Assembly: GCA_031374415.1 (NCBI GenBank)
Contig: JANMGB010000259.1
Location: 5,169 to 69,168, forward strand
Direction: 5' to 3'
Source: Burkholderiales bacterium
GTDB taxonomy: Bacteria > Pseudomonadota > Gammaproteobacteria > Burkholderiales > Burkholderiaceae_C
Length of the DNA: 64,000 nucleotides
Made by a program: the position numbers and the translations under genes. Positions 24,596-33,695 of this stretch are shown here, one piece after another (within the stretch, counting starts at the first letter, position 1; each line of letters starts with the position of its first letter). The notes beneath the pieces were generated by a model. It was given only the letters and a program-made list of their open reading frames with translations, searched no databases and was not told where the DNA came from.

Positions 24596-24807
24596 GGGTT
24601 TGCTCGTTTGCGCCCGCGCAGCTGGTCCGGCGGGTAACGCGACAGTTTATCGCCTGTTGTCGATCAGGTGCGCCCCCCTTGACAATGAAATTGATCGCCG
24701 TTGATCATGTGTGAGACCACAGTGGCAGGGGTGGCGTAGTCACACTTGGTTCGTGCTGTTCCGTGTCCGATGAACAGCTTCTTCTTGCAACAATCACTGG
24801 AGTCACT

Positions 24808-25836
24808 ATGAAAATCAGACAGTTTTTCCTCCCACGCAGCGGCTCGTTGGCTTGCACAGCCTTGATGCTGTTCATCCCGCTGACGTCAATGGCCCAAAGC
24901 CCCATCGTCATCAAGTTCAGCCATGTCGTGGCCGTTGACACGCCCAAGGGCAAAGCGGCTGAATTTTTCGCGAAACGAGCCGGTGAGTTGACGGCAGGCA
25001 AGGTCAAGGTGGAGGTCTATCCCAATAGCCAGCTGTATAAAGACAAGGAAGAAATGGAAGCCCTGCAGTTGGGCTCGGTTCAGATGCTGGCCCCCTCGCT
25101 GTCGAAGTTTGCGCCACTCGGCGTGAAAGAGTTTGAGGTGTTTGATCTGCCCTTCATTTTTGACGATTACAAAGACCTGCACAAGGTGACGCAAGGCCCC
25201 ATCGGGCAGAGTCTGCTGTCCAAGTTGGATGCCAAAGGCATCACCGGCCTGGCATTCTGGGACAACGGCTTTAAGTCTTTCTCTGCGAACAAACCTGTGC
25301 GCAAACCTGAGGATTTCAAAGGCCTAAAGATGCGCATCCAATCGTCCAAAGTCCTCGAGGCTCAAATGCGCGCTTTGGGCGCTTTGCCCCAAGTGATGGC
25401 GTTCTCCGAGGTCTACCAGGCGCTCGATACGGGTGTCGTCGATGGCACGGAAAACCCTCACTCAAATTTGTTCACGCAAAAAATGTTTGAGGTGCAAAAG
25501 CACATGACCTTATCCGACCATGGCTATCTGGGCTACGCGGTGGTGGTCAACAAGAAATTTTGGGATGGCTTGCCGGCCGATATTCGCACCCCATTGAATC
25601 AAGCCATGACAGAGGCCACCAAGGCGGCCAATGATCACGCACTCAAAGACAATCAAGAGTCACTTGCCAAGGTCAAAGCAGCCGGCAAGACGGATGTCTA
25701 CACCCCCACGCCCGAACAGCGTCTGGCACTGAAGAAGGCCCTGGTGCCAGTGCACAAGCAGATGGAGTCGCGCATCGGTGCTGAGATCATTCAGCAGATC
25801 TACAAAGAAACCGGGTTCGACCCCGACAAGCTCTGA
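24808..25836 (+). CDS. dctP: TRAP transporter substrate-binding protein (DctP family)
   Basis: Signal peptide after the ATG at 24808 (GGAG SD upstream). DctP-type sequence (KFSHVVAVDTPKG...AFWDNGFK...TENP). Confidence 0.88.
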   Translation: MKIRQFFLPRSGSLACTALMLFIPLTSMAQSPIVIKFSHVVAVDTPKGKAAEFFAKRAGELTAGKVKVEVYPNSQLYKDKEEMEALQLGSVQMLAPSLSKFAPLGVKEFEVFDLPFIFDDYKDLHKVTQGPIGQSLLSKLDAKGITGLAFWDNGFKSFSANKPVRKPEDFKGLKMRIQSSKVLEAQMRALGALPQVMAFSEVYQALDTGVVDGTENPHSNLFTQKMFEVQKHMTLSDHGYLGYAVVVNKKFWDGLPADIRTPLNQAMTEATKAANDHALKDNQESLAKVKAAGKTDVYTPTPEQRLALKKALVPVHKQMESRIGAEIIQQIYKETGFDPDKL

Positions 25837-25927
25837 TTTTTGGGGCGCCCGGGTTGATGGGAGCGAGTGGCGCTCCTATCGCACCCCCTTTGTCGCACCG
25901 CGCATTTTTTTGGCGTGAGGAGAATCC

Positions 25928-26545
25928 ATGAAATGGCTTGACCATCTCGAGGAGTGGATCATCTCCACTCTCATGGCGGGCGCTACCGTCATTATTTTCG
26001 TGGCGGTGATTCACCGCTATTTGTCTGGCGTTGCGATTCCGGGTTTGCAAGACTGGTTGCTGAGTTTGAACTTCAGCTGGGTCCAAGAGGCCACCATCTA
26101 TGCATTCGTTTGGATGGCCAAGTTTGGCGCTGCCTATGGCGTGCGCACGGGCATCCATGTGGGTGTCGATGTCTTCATCAATCTCATGCAAGACAAGCGT
26201 CGCAAGATTTTTGTCTTGTTTGGTTTGCTGGCGGGAGGGTTTTTCACCGGCGTGATCGCGACCTTGGGTGCCTATTTCGTGTGGGAGAACGGCGCGCACT
26301 ACGCTTTTTATAAGCTGGCTGATTTGCGATTGGACGGTTTGACTGAAGGGCCGACCACGCCGGATCTTGAATGGCCCACCTGGATCATCTACCTCGCTAT
26401 TCCGCTGGGCTCGGCACTGATGAGCTTTAGATTTTTGCAAGTGGCCTGGTCTTTTGCACGCACTGGCGAGCTGCCGCACCACGACCATGGGCATGTCGAT
26501 GGCCTAGAGGACGAAGTCGACCCATCCACGGGAGTGAAGGCATGA
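25928..26545 (+). CDS. dctQ: TRAP transporter small permease (DctQ family)
   Basis: 205 aa, four TM helices, located between dctP and dctM. Its stop overlaps the dctM start by 4 nt. Confidence 0.8.
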   Translation: MKWLDHLEEWIISTLMAGATVIIFVAVIHRYLSGVAIPGLQDWLLSLNFSWVQEATIYAFVWMAKFGAAYGVRTGIHVGVDVFINLMQDKRRKIFVLFGLLAGGFFTGVIATLGAYFVWENGAHYAFYKLADLRLDGLTEGPTTPDLEWPTWIIYLAIPLGSALMSFRFLQVAWSFARTGELPHHDHGHVDGLEDEVDPSTGVKA

Positions 26546-27822
26546 ATGGTTTGATTATTTTTGGTCTGCTGGTGGCTCTGATGCTGACGGGGATGCCCAT
26601 CTCGATCGCTTTGGGCCTGACGGTGTTGACGTTCATTTTTGGCTTCACTCAAACCCCCATCGAGGCGGTGGCGTTGAAATTATTCACCGGGATTGAGAAG
26701 TTTGAAATCATGGCGATCCCGTTTTTCATTCTGGCGGGCAACTTTCTCACCCATGGCGGGGTGGCCAAACGCATGATCAACTTCGCCAGTTCCATGGTGG
26801 GACATTGGTATGGTGGCCTGGGCTTGGCGGGTGTGATGGCTTGCGCCCTGTTTGCTGCGGTGTCGGGGTCGTCACCCGCCACGGTGGTCGCGATTGGTTC
26901 GATTTTGTTGCCCGCCATGGTGAAGGCCGGCTTCCCGCCCCGCTTTGGAGCTGGGGTGATCACAACCTCCGGGGCACTGGGCATTTTGATTCCGCCCTCG
27001 ATTGTGATGGTCATGTATTCGGTGTCGACCAACACCTCACTGGGTGACATGTTCTTGGGCGGTGTCGTGCCCGGGATAGCCTTGGCCATTTGCCTGGGCG
27101 TCACGACCTGGTGGCGCGCCCGCAAGAACAACTACCCTCGCCTGCCCAAGGCCAGCTGGACCATCAGGCTGAAGACCTTGCGTGAGTCGTTTTGGGGCTT
27201 GCTTTTGATTGTGATCGTGATGGGGGGCATTTACGGCGGGCTGTTCACACCCACTGAGGCAGCCGCTGTGAGTGCCGTTTATGCCTTTGTGGTGGCCGTC
27301 TTTATCTACAAAGACCTGACGTTCAAGGATGTGCCGCGGGTGTTGTTGAGCTCAGCCAACATGAGCGCGATGTTGCTCTACATCATCACGAACGCCGTGT
27401 TGTTTAGCTTTGTGCTTGCCAATGAGCAAATCCCGCAGCACTTGGCCGACTGGTTGGTCGGGATGGGCTTGGGCAGCATTGGCTTCTTGTTGGTGTGCAA
27501 TATTTTGCTGTTGGTGGCGGGCAACTTCATGGAGCCTTCGTCGATCGTGTTGATCCTGGCGCCAATTTTGTTTCCTGTGGCCATCAAGCTGGGTATCGAC
27601 CCGGTGCACTTCGGGATCATGATGGTGGTCAATATGGAAGTGGGCCTTTGCCACCCACCCGTGGGCTTGAACCTCTACGTGGCCTCGGGGATCACGAAGA
27701 TGGGCATCACCGAATTGACCATCGCGGTATGGCCCTGGCTGCTGACGATGCTGGGCTTCTTGGTGCTCGTCACGTACTGGCCCCCGCTGACCTTGTGGCT
27801 CCCTCAGTTGATGAAGGGTTGA
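26542..27822 (+). CDS. dctM: TRAP transporter large permease (DctM family)
   Basis: 426 aa polytopic protein with a typical DctM N-terminus (MPISIALGLTVL...FEIMAIPFFILAGNF). Confidence 0.9.
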   Translation: MNGLIIFGLLVALMLTGMPISIALGLTVLTFIFGFTQTPIEAVALKLFTGIEKFEIMAIPFFILAGNFLTHGGVAKRMINFASSMVGHWYGGLGLAGVMACALFAAVSGSSPATVVAIGSILLPAMVKAGFPPRFGAGVITTSGALGILIPPSIVMVMYSVSTNTSLGDMFLGGVVPGIALAICLGVTTWWRARKNNYPRLPKASWTIRLKTLRESFWGLLLIVIVMGGIYGGLFTPTEAAAVSAVYAFVVAVFIYKDLTFKDVPRVLLSSANMSAMLLYIITNAVLFSFVLANEQIPQHLADWLVGMGLGSIGFLLVCNILLLVAGNFMEPSSIVLILAPILFPVAIKLGIDPVHFGIMMVVNMEVGLCHPPVGLNLYVASGITKMGITELTIAVWPWLLTMLGFLVLVTYWPPLTLWLPQLMKG

Positions 27823-27839
27823 TGTTGTGCACGCGGATC

Positions 27840-28967
27840 TCAGGCCTTGGGTGGGGCCTGAGGTGCCGCCAGGGCCCAGTGGATGTGTTCAGTGATGAGT
27901 GCATCCGTTGTTTCTTGTTGCAGGTAGGCTTGCAGAGCGGCACGCACAGCCAGTTTGAGCGCGACGGCCGGCCGTGTTGAGCGCAACAAGTTGCCCAATG
28001 CGACGGCCAAATTGCGCTGCCAGCGTTGATAGCCAATGCGCCGGATGGGGCTGCCCTCGGTTCTGCGCGCAAAGTCAGCCGCATCCCAATGCCACAAGGA
28101 CAAAAGCGTGACGTTGTCCAAGGGGGTACGAACATCAAAGTCAGGCACCGTGCTGCGCTGGGCGTATTTGTTCCAGGGGCAAATCAATTGACAGTCGTCG
28201 CAGCCATAGATGCGGTTGCCGAGCAAGTGTCGAAGGTGTTCGGGAATAGGGCCGTCGTGTTCGATGGTGAGATAGGAGATGCAGCGCCGCGCGTCTAAGC
28301 GATAGGGCGCGATGATGGCTTGGGTGGGACACACATCGATGCAGGCCGTGCAGCGCCCGCAGTGGGCGCTGCTGGCAGGTGTGGTGGGCAGCGCGATGTC
28401 CACATAGATCTCGCCCAAAAAAAACATGGATCCCGCGTTGCGGTCCAGAGCCAAGGTGTGCTTGCCGCGCCAACCGATGCCGCTGCGGGTGGCCAGCTCG
28501 ACCTCCAGAACAGGCGCCGAATCGGTAAACACGCGGTGACCCAAAGGCCCTAACCATTGGGTCATTTGGGTCGCCAATTGCTGCAATTTTAAACGCAGCA
28601 CCTTGTGGTAGTCACGCCCCCTGGCGTAGAGGGATACCGTCGCTTGGGCGGGGTCTTCCAGTCGGGCCCACTCGACCGCTTGCCACTGGCTTGGTGCCTG
28701 CTTTGGAAGGTAGTCCATGCGGGCGGTGATCACGCTGATCGTGCCGGGCACCAATTCAGCTGGACGCGCGCGCTTGAGGCCGTGACGCTGCATATAGTCC
28801 ATCTGACCATGGAAACCTGCGGCCAACCAGGCGAGAAGGCCGGGCTCGGCATCAGACAAATCAACATCCGCCACGCCAATCTGTGAAAATCCGAGCGCCC
28901 GCCCTTGCTGCTGGAGTTTTTCGAGCACCTCGGTGTCACTGAGCCCTGAACCTGGAGTGGATGTCAT
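27840..28967 (-). CDS. queG: tRNA epoxyqueuosine(34) reductase
   Basis: Two 4Fe-4S ferredoxin motifs (CGRCTACIDVCP, CDDCQLICPWN) and a C-terminal HEAT-like tail. Confidence 0.9.
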   Translation of the reverse strand: MTSTPGSGLSDTEVLEKLQQQGRALGFSQIGVADVDLSDAEPGLLAWLAAGFHGQMDYMQRHGLKRARPAELVPGTISVITARMDYLPKQAPSQWQAVEWARLEDPAQATVSLYARGRDYHKVLRLKLQQLATQMTQWLGPLGHRVFTDSAPVLEVELATRSGIGWRGKHTLALDRNAGSMFFLGEIYVDIALPTTPASSAHCGRCTACIDVCPTQAIIAPYRLDARRCISYLTIEHDGPIPEHLRHLLGNRIYGCDDCQLICPWNKYAQRSTVPDFDVRTPLDNVTLLSLWHWDAADFARRTEGSPIRRIGYQRWQRNLAVALGNLLRSTRPAVALKLAVRAALQAYLQQETTDALITEHIHWALAAPQAPPKA

Positions 28968-29447
28968 TTGGTGATTTTAGAAAATCTGGTTGAAACCTGG
29001 GATGGTGAGGCCGCCTGCAGCCACAGTGCCCAGCAGCTCGCAGCGCGGCCGGCGCTGCCCAACGCCTTGATTGAACTGCAGGGCGATCTTGGCGCGGGTA
29101 AAACCACGTTCGTGCGCCATTTGCTGTACGCCTTGGGCGTGACGGGCACCATCAAAAGCCCCACCTACGCCTTGATGGAGTCGTATATTTCACACAGAGC
29201 GAAGTCGATCACTCATTTTGATTTTTACCGATTCAACGACCCGCAAGAATGGGAGGATGCAGGATTCAGAGAGATTTTCGCCGCCCCAGGCTTGAAATTA
29301 ATCGAGTGGCCTGACATGGCTCGTGCCTTGCTGCCAGTGCCTGACTTGCAATTGCATTTGACGGCCCCGTCCGAGAACATGAGACAAGTGCGCTGGGACG
29401 CCCTCACACCTCGGGGACTCACCCTGCTTCCGAAGGCCCGCCAATGA
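28968..29447 (+). CDS. tsaE: tRNA t6A37 biosynthesis ATPase TsaE
   Basis: P-loop GDLGAGKTTFVRHLL and SPTYALMESY. Start is TTG 28968 or GTG 28971. Confidence 0.85.
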   Translation: MVILENLVETWDGEAACSHSAQQLAARPALPNALIELQGDLGAGKTTFVRHLLYALGVTGTIKSPTYALMESYISHRAKSITHFDFYRFNDPQEWEDAGFREIFAAPGLKLIEWPDMARALLPVPDLQLHLTAPSENMRQVRWDALTPRGLTLLPKARQ

Positions 29448-30739
29448 GCTCGAAGCGCATCACACGCCGCGCGGCACTGCAATCGATGGGCACGCTGGCG
29501 CTGATGCTGGGCGTTCACACACCCAGCCGGGGCGCTCAGATTGTGGCGGTTCGGGTTTGGCCGGCCGCCGATTACTCTCGTGTCACCCTGGAGAGCGAGA
29601 CGGTCTTGTCCGCCCAGCATTTCATGGCCGACAACCCGCCCCGGCTGGTGGTGGATGTGGACGGCCTGGAGCTGAGCCCCGCCCTGCGCGAGGTGGTGGG
29701 CAAGGTGCGTGCAGACGACCCGTTCATTGCGGGCATCCGGGTGGGACAGTTTCAGCCACGTGTGGTGCGCCTCGTGGTGGACCTGAAACAAGCTGTGGCA
29801 CCGCAGTTGTTTGCCATCAACCCGGTGGCGGCGTACCGACACCGGCTGGTTTTTGATCTCCACCCTGTGGCGGCACAAGATCCGTTGTTGGCCCTGGTGC
29901 AGGAGAAAACCCAGGCCGACAAACAAGCGGCTCAAACCGTTCAAGATGCCCTGGGGGAATTCATTGGGCAGACCGACAAAGCCCACAAGGCACCCGCCCC
30001 GCGTGAAGCCAAACCTTCGCAGGTCATGGAGAGTTTGATTGTGGTGGCGCTGGATCCCGGGCATGGCGGTGAAGACCCTGGCGCGACCGGGCCCAGCGGC
30101 TTGCATGAAAAAGATGTCGTGCTGTCGATTGCCTTGCAACTGCGGGACCGACTGAACGAGATGCCCAACATGCGCGCGTTTTTGACACGCGACCGTGATT
30201 TCTTCGTGCCACTGCAAGAGCGTGTGCGCAAGGCACGGCAAGTGCAGGCCGATTTGTTTGTCTCGATTCACGCCGATGCTTTTTTCAAACCCCACGCGAA
30301 AGGGGCTTCCGTGTTCGCCCTGAGCCAAGGGGCCGCCAGCAGCACAAGCGCACGCTGGATGGCCAGCCGAGAAAACGCAGCGGACATGGTGGGCGGGGTG
30401 AACATCAAGGCGAAAGATGCGAGCGTGCTGCACACGCTGTTGGACATGAGCACCACCGCTCAGATCAAAGACAGCCTGCGCTTGGGCAGTGAGGTCTTGG
30501 GGCAAATTGGCAAGGTCGGAGCCTTGCACAAAGACCGTGTGGAGCAAGCCGGTTTTGCGGTACTCAAAGCGCCTGACATTCCTTCGATTTTGGTCGAGAC
30601 GGCATTCATCTCAAACCCCGAAGAAGAAGCCAAGCTCGCTAACCCCACCTACCAAGCGCAACTGGCTGCGGCATTGGCCAAGGGCATTCAGCGCTACTTT
30701 GCGAAAAACCCGCCTTTGTCACGCAAGCGTCGAATTTAG
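29444..30739 (+). CDS. amiC: N-acetylmuramoyl-L-alanine amidase (AmiC-like, Tat-exported)
   Basis: Twin-arginine signal (ITRRAALQSMGTLAL), an AMIN-like N-domain, then Amidase_3 (VALDPGHGGEDPGA, SIHADA, VLVETAFISNPEE). Confidence 0.88.
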   Translation: MSSKRITRRAALQSMGTLALMLGVHTPSRGAQIVAVRVWPAADYSRVTLESETVLSAQHFMADNPPRLVVDVDGLELSPALREVVGKVRADDPFIAGIRVGQFQPRVVRLVVDLKQAVAPQLFAINPVAAYRHRLVFDLHPVAAQDPLLALVQEKTQADKQAAQTVQDALGEFIGQTDKAHKAPAPREAKPSQVMESLIVVALDPGHGGEDPGATGPSGLHEKDVVLSIALQLRDRLNEMPNMRAFLTRDRDFFVPLQERVRKARQVQADLFVSIHADAFFKPHAKGASVFALSQGAASSTSARWMASRENAADMVGGVNIKAKDASVLHTLLDMSTTAQIKDSLRLGSEVLGQIGKVGALHKDRVEQAGFAVLKAPDIPSILVETAFISNPEEEAKLANPTYQAQLAAALAKGIQRYFAKNPPLSRKRRI

Positions 30740-30745
30740 CGCCTA

Positions 30746-31027
30746 GTACCCCGTCTCAGTGGATTTGAAAGGTTCATTCGCCAAGGCGAATAGGTGGCGC
30801 ATTGGCAGGCGGAGCGTGCAGGAATGGAGTGCGCGCGGGCCTGTTGCGCCTCAGGCACCCTCCTGGATCCCCGCCTGCGCGGGGATGACGGGTGCATGCG
30901 GGGATGATGGGCGCGGGGGTTGGCATCTCGCCACGTCATTCCCGCGCAGGCGGGAATCCAGCAGCCTGTGCACTTCACGATGGGCCCCGCAACAATTCAA
31001 CCTTTCAAATCCACTGCGACGGGGCAC
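30746..31027. repeat. MITE-like nested inverted-repeat element filling the amiC/dedA intergenic space
   Basis: Terminal inverted repeats are 30749-30774 (CCCCGTCTCAGTGGATTTGAAAGGTT) and 30999-31024, matching 25/26 as reverse complements. Inner inverted pair is 30864-30890 / 30934-30960. Each inner copy is itself a hairpin (ATCCCCGCCTGCGCGGGGAT / ATTCCCGCGCAGGCGGGAAT). Confidence 0.75.
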
Positions 31028-31030
31028 CAG

Positions 31031-31693
31031 TCAACTACCCGCTTGTCCGGCCGACGCCGCTTGGCGCTTGGCATGCCAACCGCCATAGATCGCAATGAGC
31101 CCGGGGATGATGATCAAGGCCCAGATGATTTTTTCGAGATGCTCTTGAACCAATGGAATGTTGCCAAACAAGTACCCGACCGTGAGCAAGCCAACGACCC
31201 AGAGCACGCCACCCACCACATTGAATGTCGTGAAGCGCGTGCGACTCATCTCGGACACACCAGCCACAAAGGGGGCAAAGGTGCGCACGAAGGGCATGAA
31301 ACGGGCCAAGATGATCGTCATGCCACCGTGTTTTTCATAAAAGGCATGCGCAGCCTCGAAGGCAGCTTTGTTGAAAAAGCGCGATCGCTCCCACTGGAAT
31401 ACTTTGGGCCCACAGTAACGACCGATGTTGTAGTTGACCTGATCACCCAAAATAGCCGCCACCAGCAACACCACCATCGCCACGGGCAGGCTCATGAGCC
31501 CAGTGCCGCACAGCGCGCCGGTCACAAACAAAAGTGAGTCGCCAGGTAAAAATGGCATCACGATCAGGCCGGTTTCGACAAACACAATCAAAAACAGCAG
31601 TGCATAAACCCAGACACCGTACGACTGAACAAAGGTTTTGAGGTGCACATCAACGTGCACGATGAAATCAATCAAAAAGTGGGCAAGTTCCAT
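31031..31693 (-). CDS. dedA: DedA family inner-membrane protein
   Basis: DedA/SNARE-associated signature FVETGLIVMPFLPGDSLLF; 220 aa, multi-TM. Confidence 0.85.
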   Translation of the reverse strand: MELAHFLIDFIVHVDVHLKTFVQSYGVWVYALLFLIVFVETGLIVMPFLPGDSLLFVTGALCGTGLMSLPVAMVVLLVAAILGDQVNYNIGRYCGPKVFQWERSRFFNKAAFEAAHAFYEKHGGMTIILARFMPFVRTFAPFVAGVSEMSRTRFTTFNVVGGVLWVVGLLTVGYLFGNIPLVQEHLEKIIWALIIIPGLIAIYGGWHAKRQAASAGQAGS

Positions 31694-31780
31694 GGGTCGG
31701 CATTATCAGGGTTGTTCCCCCGCATGTCACTGGCCTGGCCTTGCGTGAACCGAGGTGTGTGCGGCGCATAGAATGCGTGG

Positions 31781-33643
31781 ATGCACGTCAACACCATGGA
31801 GCCCCCCGTCGGACCGCGGCCCATCCGGGAACTGCCAGATGAGCTGGTGAGCCAGATCGCCGCAGGCGAAGTCATCGAACGCCCTGCTTCCGTGGTCAGA
31901 GAGTTGGTCGACAATGCGCTTGACGCGGGTGCCCGGCAGGTCACAGTCAAATTGATGGCGGGCGGCATTCGCAGCATCGTGGTCGAAGACGACGGACAGG
32001 GCATACCACGCTCAGAGTTGGGCCTGGCCCTGCGCCGCCATGCCACCAGCAAAATTGGGTCGCTGTCCGACCTCGAGCAGGTGGCCACCATGGGCTTTCG
32101 GGGGGAGGCGCTGGCCGCCATCGCGTCGGTGTCCGATGTAGCACTGTCGAGCCGCACGCCGACGGCGGACCACGCCTACCGACTGGATGCACGCTCCGGT
32201 GAGGTCTTGGCTGCTGCAAGGGGGGTGGGCACCAGCGTCGAAGTCCGGGAGCTGTTTTTCAATACACCTGCCCGCCGAAAATTTTTGAAAACAGAATCCA
32301 CCGAATTGGCCCACTGCGTGGAAGCTGTTCGGCGACATGCCTTGGCCCGGCATGACGTGGACTTCTCCTTATGGCACGAGGGCAAGCTCGTACAACACTG
32401 GCGTCGAGGCGAGCTGGAGCAGCGTTTGGCGGATGTCCTGGACACTGACTTTCGCAATCAAAGTCAGGCCGTCTCGCTAGAGATGAGCGTGCTGCGCATC
32501 CACGGTAGGGCAGGCTTGCCCGAGGCAGCCCGCAGCCGTGCGGATCACCAGTATGTGTATGTCAATGGCCGATTCGTTCGTGACAAGCTCATCAGTCATG
32601 GCATACGTTCGGCCTACGAAGACATTTTGCACGGCGGACGCCAGCCCGCTTATGTGCTGTTCATTGACATCGATCCCGACAAAGTAGATGTCAATGTCCA
32701 CCCCACCAAAATCGAGGTGCGATTCAGGGATTCACGCGAGATTCACCAAGCGGTTCGGCGAGCCGTGGAAGCTGCATTAGCCGCTCCACGAGCTGCCTTG
32801 GCAGGGGGACTTCAGGCCACACAAGCACAGACCCAGGCCGAGTTTTCGCTGGAATCAGGCTTGCCCAGCAACACCTCGCAAGGCCCCATTCAACGTGCAG
32901 AACCCACTTGGGACGCTGCGCCCCGGCATCAAGGTCGCCTTGGCCTGGAACAAGCGGCCATTCTTTATGCGCGTGAGCCCTCCCCGACCTCTTTGCTGGG
33001 CGTAGGAGCCGCCGCGGGAACACCCACCCCGATTTCATACCTGCCCACTGAGGCAGGCTCATGGCCCCTGGGTCGTGCACTGGGGCAAATCGCTGGCATT
33101 TACATCTTGGCGGAGAACACCCAGGGCTTGATCATCATTGACATGCACGCGGCCCACGAGCGAATCGTCTACGAGCGGCTCAAGGGTGACTTGGCCGAGG
33201 CCAAACTGGCCTCACAGCCTTTGCTGATTCCTGCCACCTTCACGGCAACCGCCCAGGAGATCGCCTGTGCGGAGACCCATGCAGAGCAGCTCCAAACCTT
33301 GGGCCTTGACTTGGCCCCCCTGTCACCCACGTGCCTCGCGATCCGCTCGCAACCCGCGGCCCTGGCTGGTGCCGATGTGGTGTCGATGGCCCGTGCGGTG
33401 CTGGCCGAGTTTGCGCAATTTGATGGCAGCACTGTGATTCAGCGAGCGCAGCATGAAATTTTGTCCTCGATGGCCTGCCATGGTGCCGTGCGCGCGAACC
33501 GCCAATTGACGCTGGAAGAAATGAATGCGCTACTGCGTGACATGGAGCGCACAGAACGTGCAGACCAATGCAACCACGGACGCCCTACATGGCGCCAAAT
33601 CACCTTGCGTGAGCTGGACCAGATGTTCTGGCGTGGTCGCTGA
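31781..33643 (+). CDS. mutL: DNA mismatch repair protein MutL
   Basis: GHKL ATPase N-terminus (IAAGEVIERPASVVRELVDNALDAGA, GFRGEAL) and a C-terminal dimerisation domain (ACHGAVRAN...CNHGRPT). Confidence 0.93.
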   Translation: MHVNTMEPPVGPRPIRELPDELVSQIAAGEVIERPASVVRELVDNALDAGARQVTVKLMAGGIRSIVVEDDGQGIPRSELGLALRRHATSKIGSLSDLEQVATMGFRGEALAAIASVSDVALSSRTPTADHAYRLDARSGEVLAAARGVGTSVEVRELFFNTPARRKFLKTESTELAHCVEAVRRHALARHDVDFSLWHEGKLVQHWRRGELEQRLADVLDTDFRNQSQAVSLEMSVLRIHGRAGLPEAARSRADHQYVYVNGRFVRDKLISHGIRSAYEDILHGGRQPAYVLFIDIDPDKVDVNVHPTKIEVRFRDSREIHQAVRRAVEAALAAPRAALAGGLQATQAQTQAEFSLESGLPSNTSQGPIQRAEPTWDAAPRHQGRLGLEQAAILYAREPSPTSLLGVGAAAGTPTPISYLPTEAGSWPLGRALGQIAGIYILAENTQGLIIIDMHAAHERIVYERLKGDLAEAKLASQPLLIPATFTATAQEIACAETHAEQLQTLGLDLAPLSPTCLAIRSQPAALAGADVVSMARAVLAEFAQFDGSTVIQRAQHEILSSMACHGAVRANRQLTLEEMNALLRDMERTERADQCNHGRPTWRQITLRELDQMFWRGR

Positions 33644-33695
33644 TCTCCTCTCCCCTCAGGCTCAATTGAGTTTGACCTTACCCCTTATTTTTTCC

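Noticed and set aside
24596-24807. BirA operator (bioO) or another biotin regulator site between bioB and dctP.
   Set aside because: I found only short TTGATC/GATCA direct and inverted fragments. Nothing resembles the TGTAAACC-N-GGTTTACA type palindrome, so the evidence is insufficient to call a site.
30736-31537. ORFs 30736-30978 (-), 30759-31088 (+), 30892-31098 (+) and 30920-31537 (+), which give IPACAGMT / VIPAQAGIQ-type peptides.
   Set aside because: They are read-throughs of the palindromic MITE-like repeat and, for the last one, of the antisense strand of dedA. There are no start signals, and the peptides are a known by-product of this GC-rich hairpin motif.
33525-33695. Upstream part of the 445-aa ORF, which would make the pseudouridine synthase overlap mutL by 119 nt.
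   Set aside because: This segment lies within the well-supported mutL 3' end in another frame. The first ATG after the mutL stop (33696) or the ATG at 34119 is more plausible.
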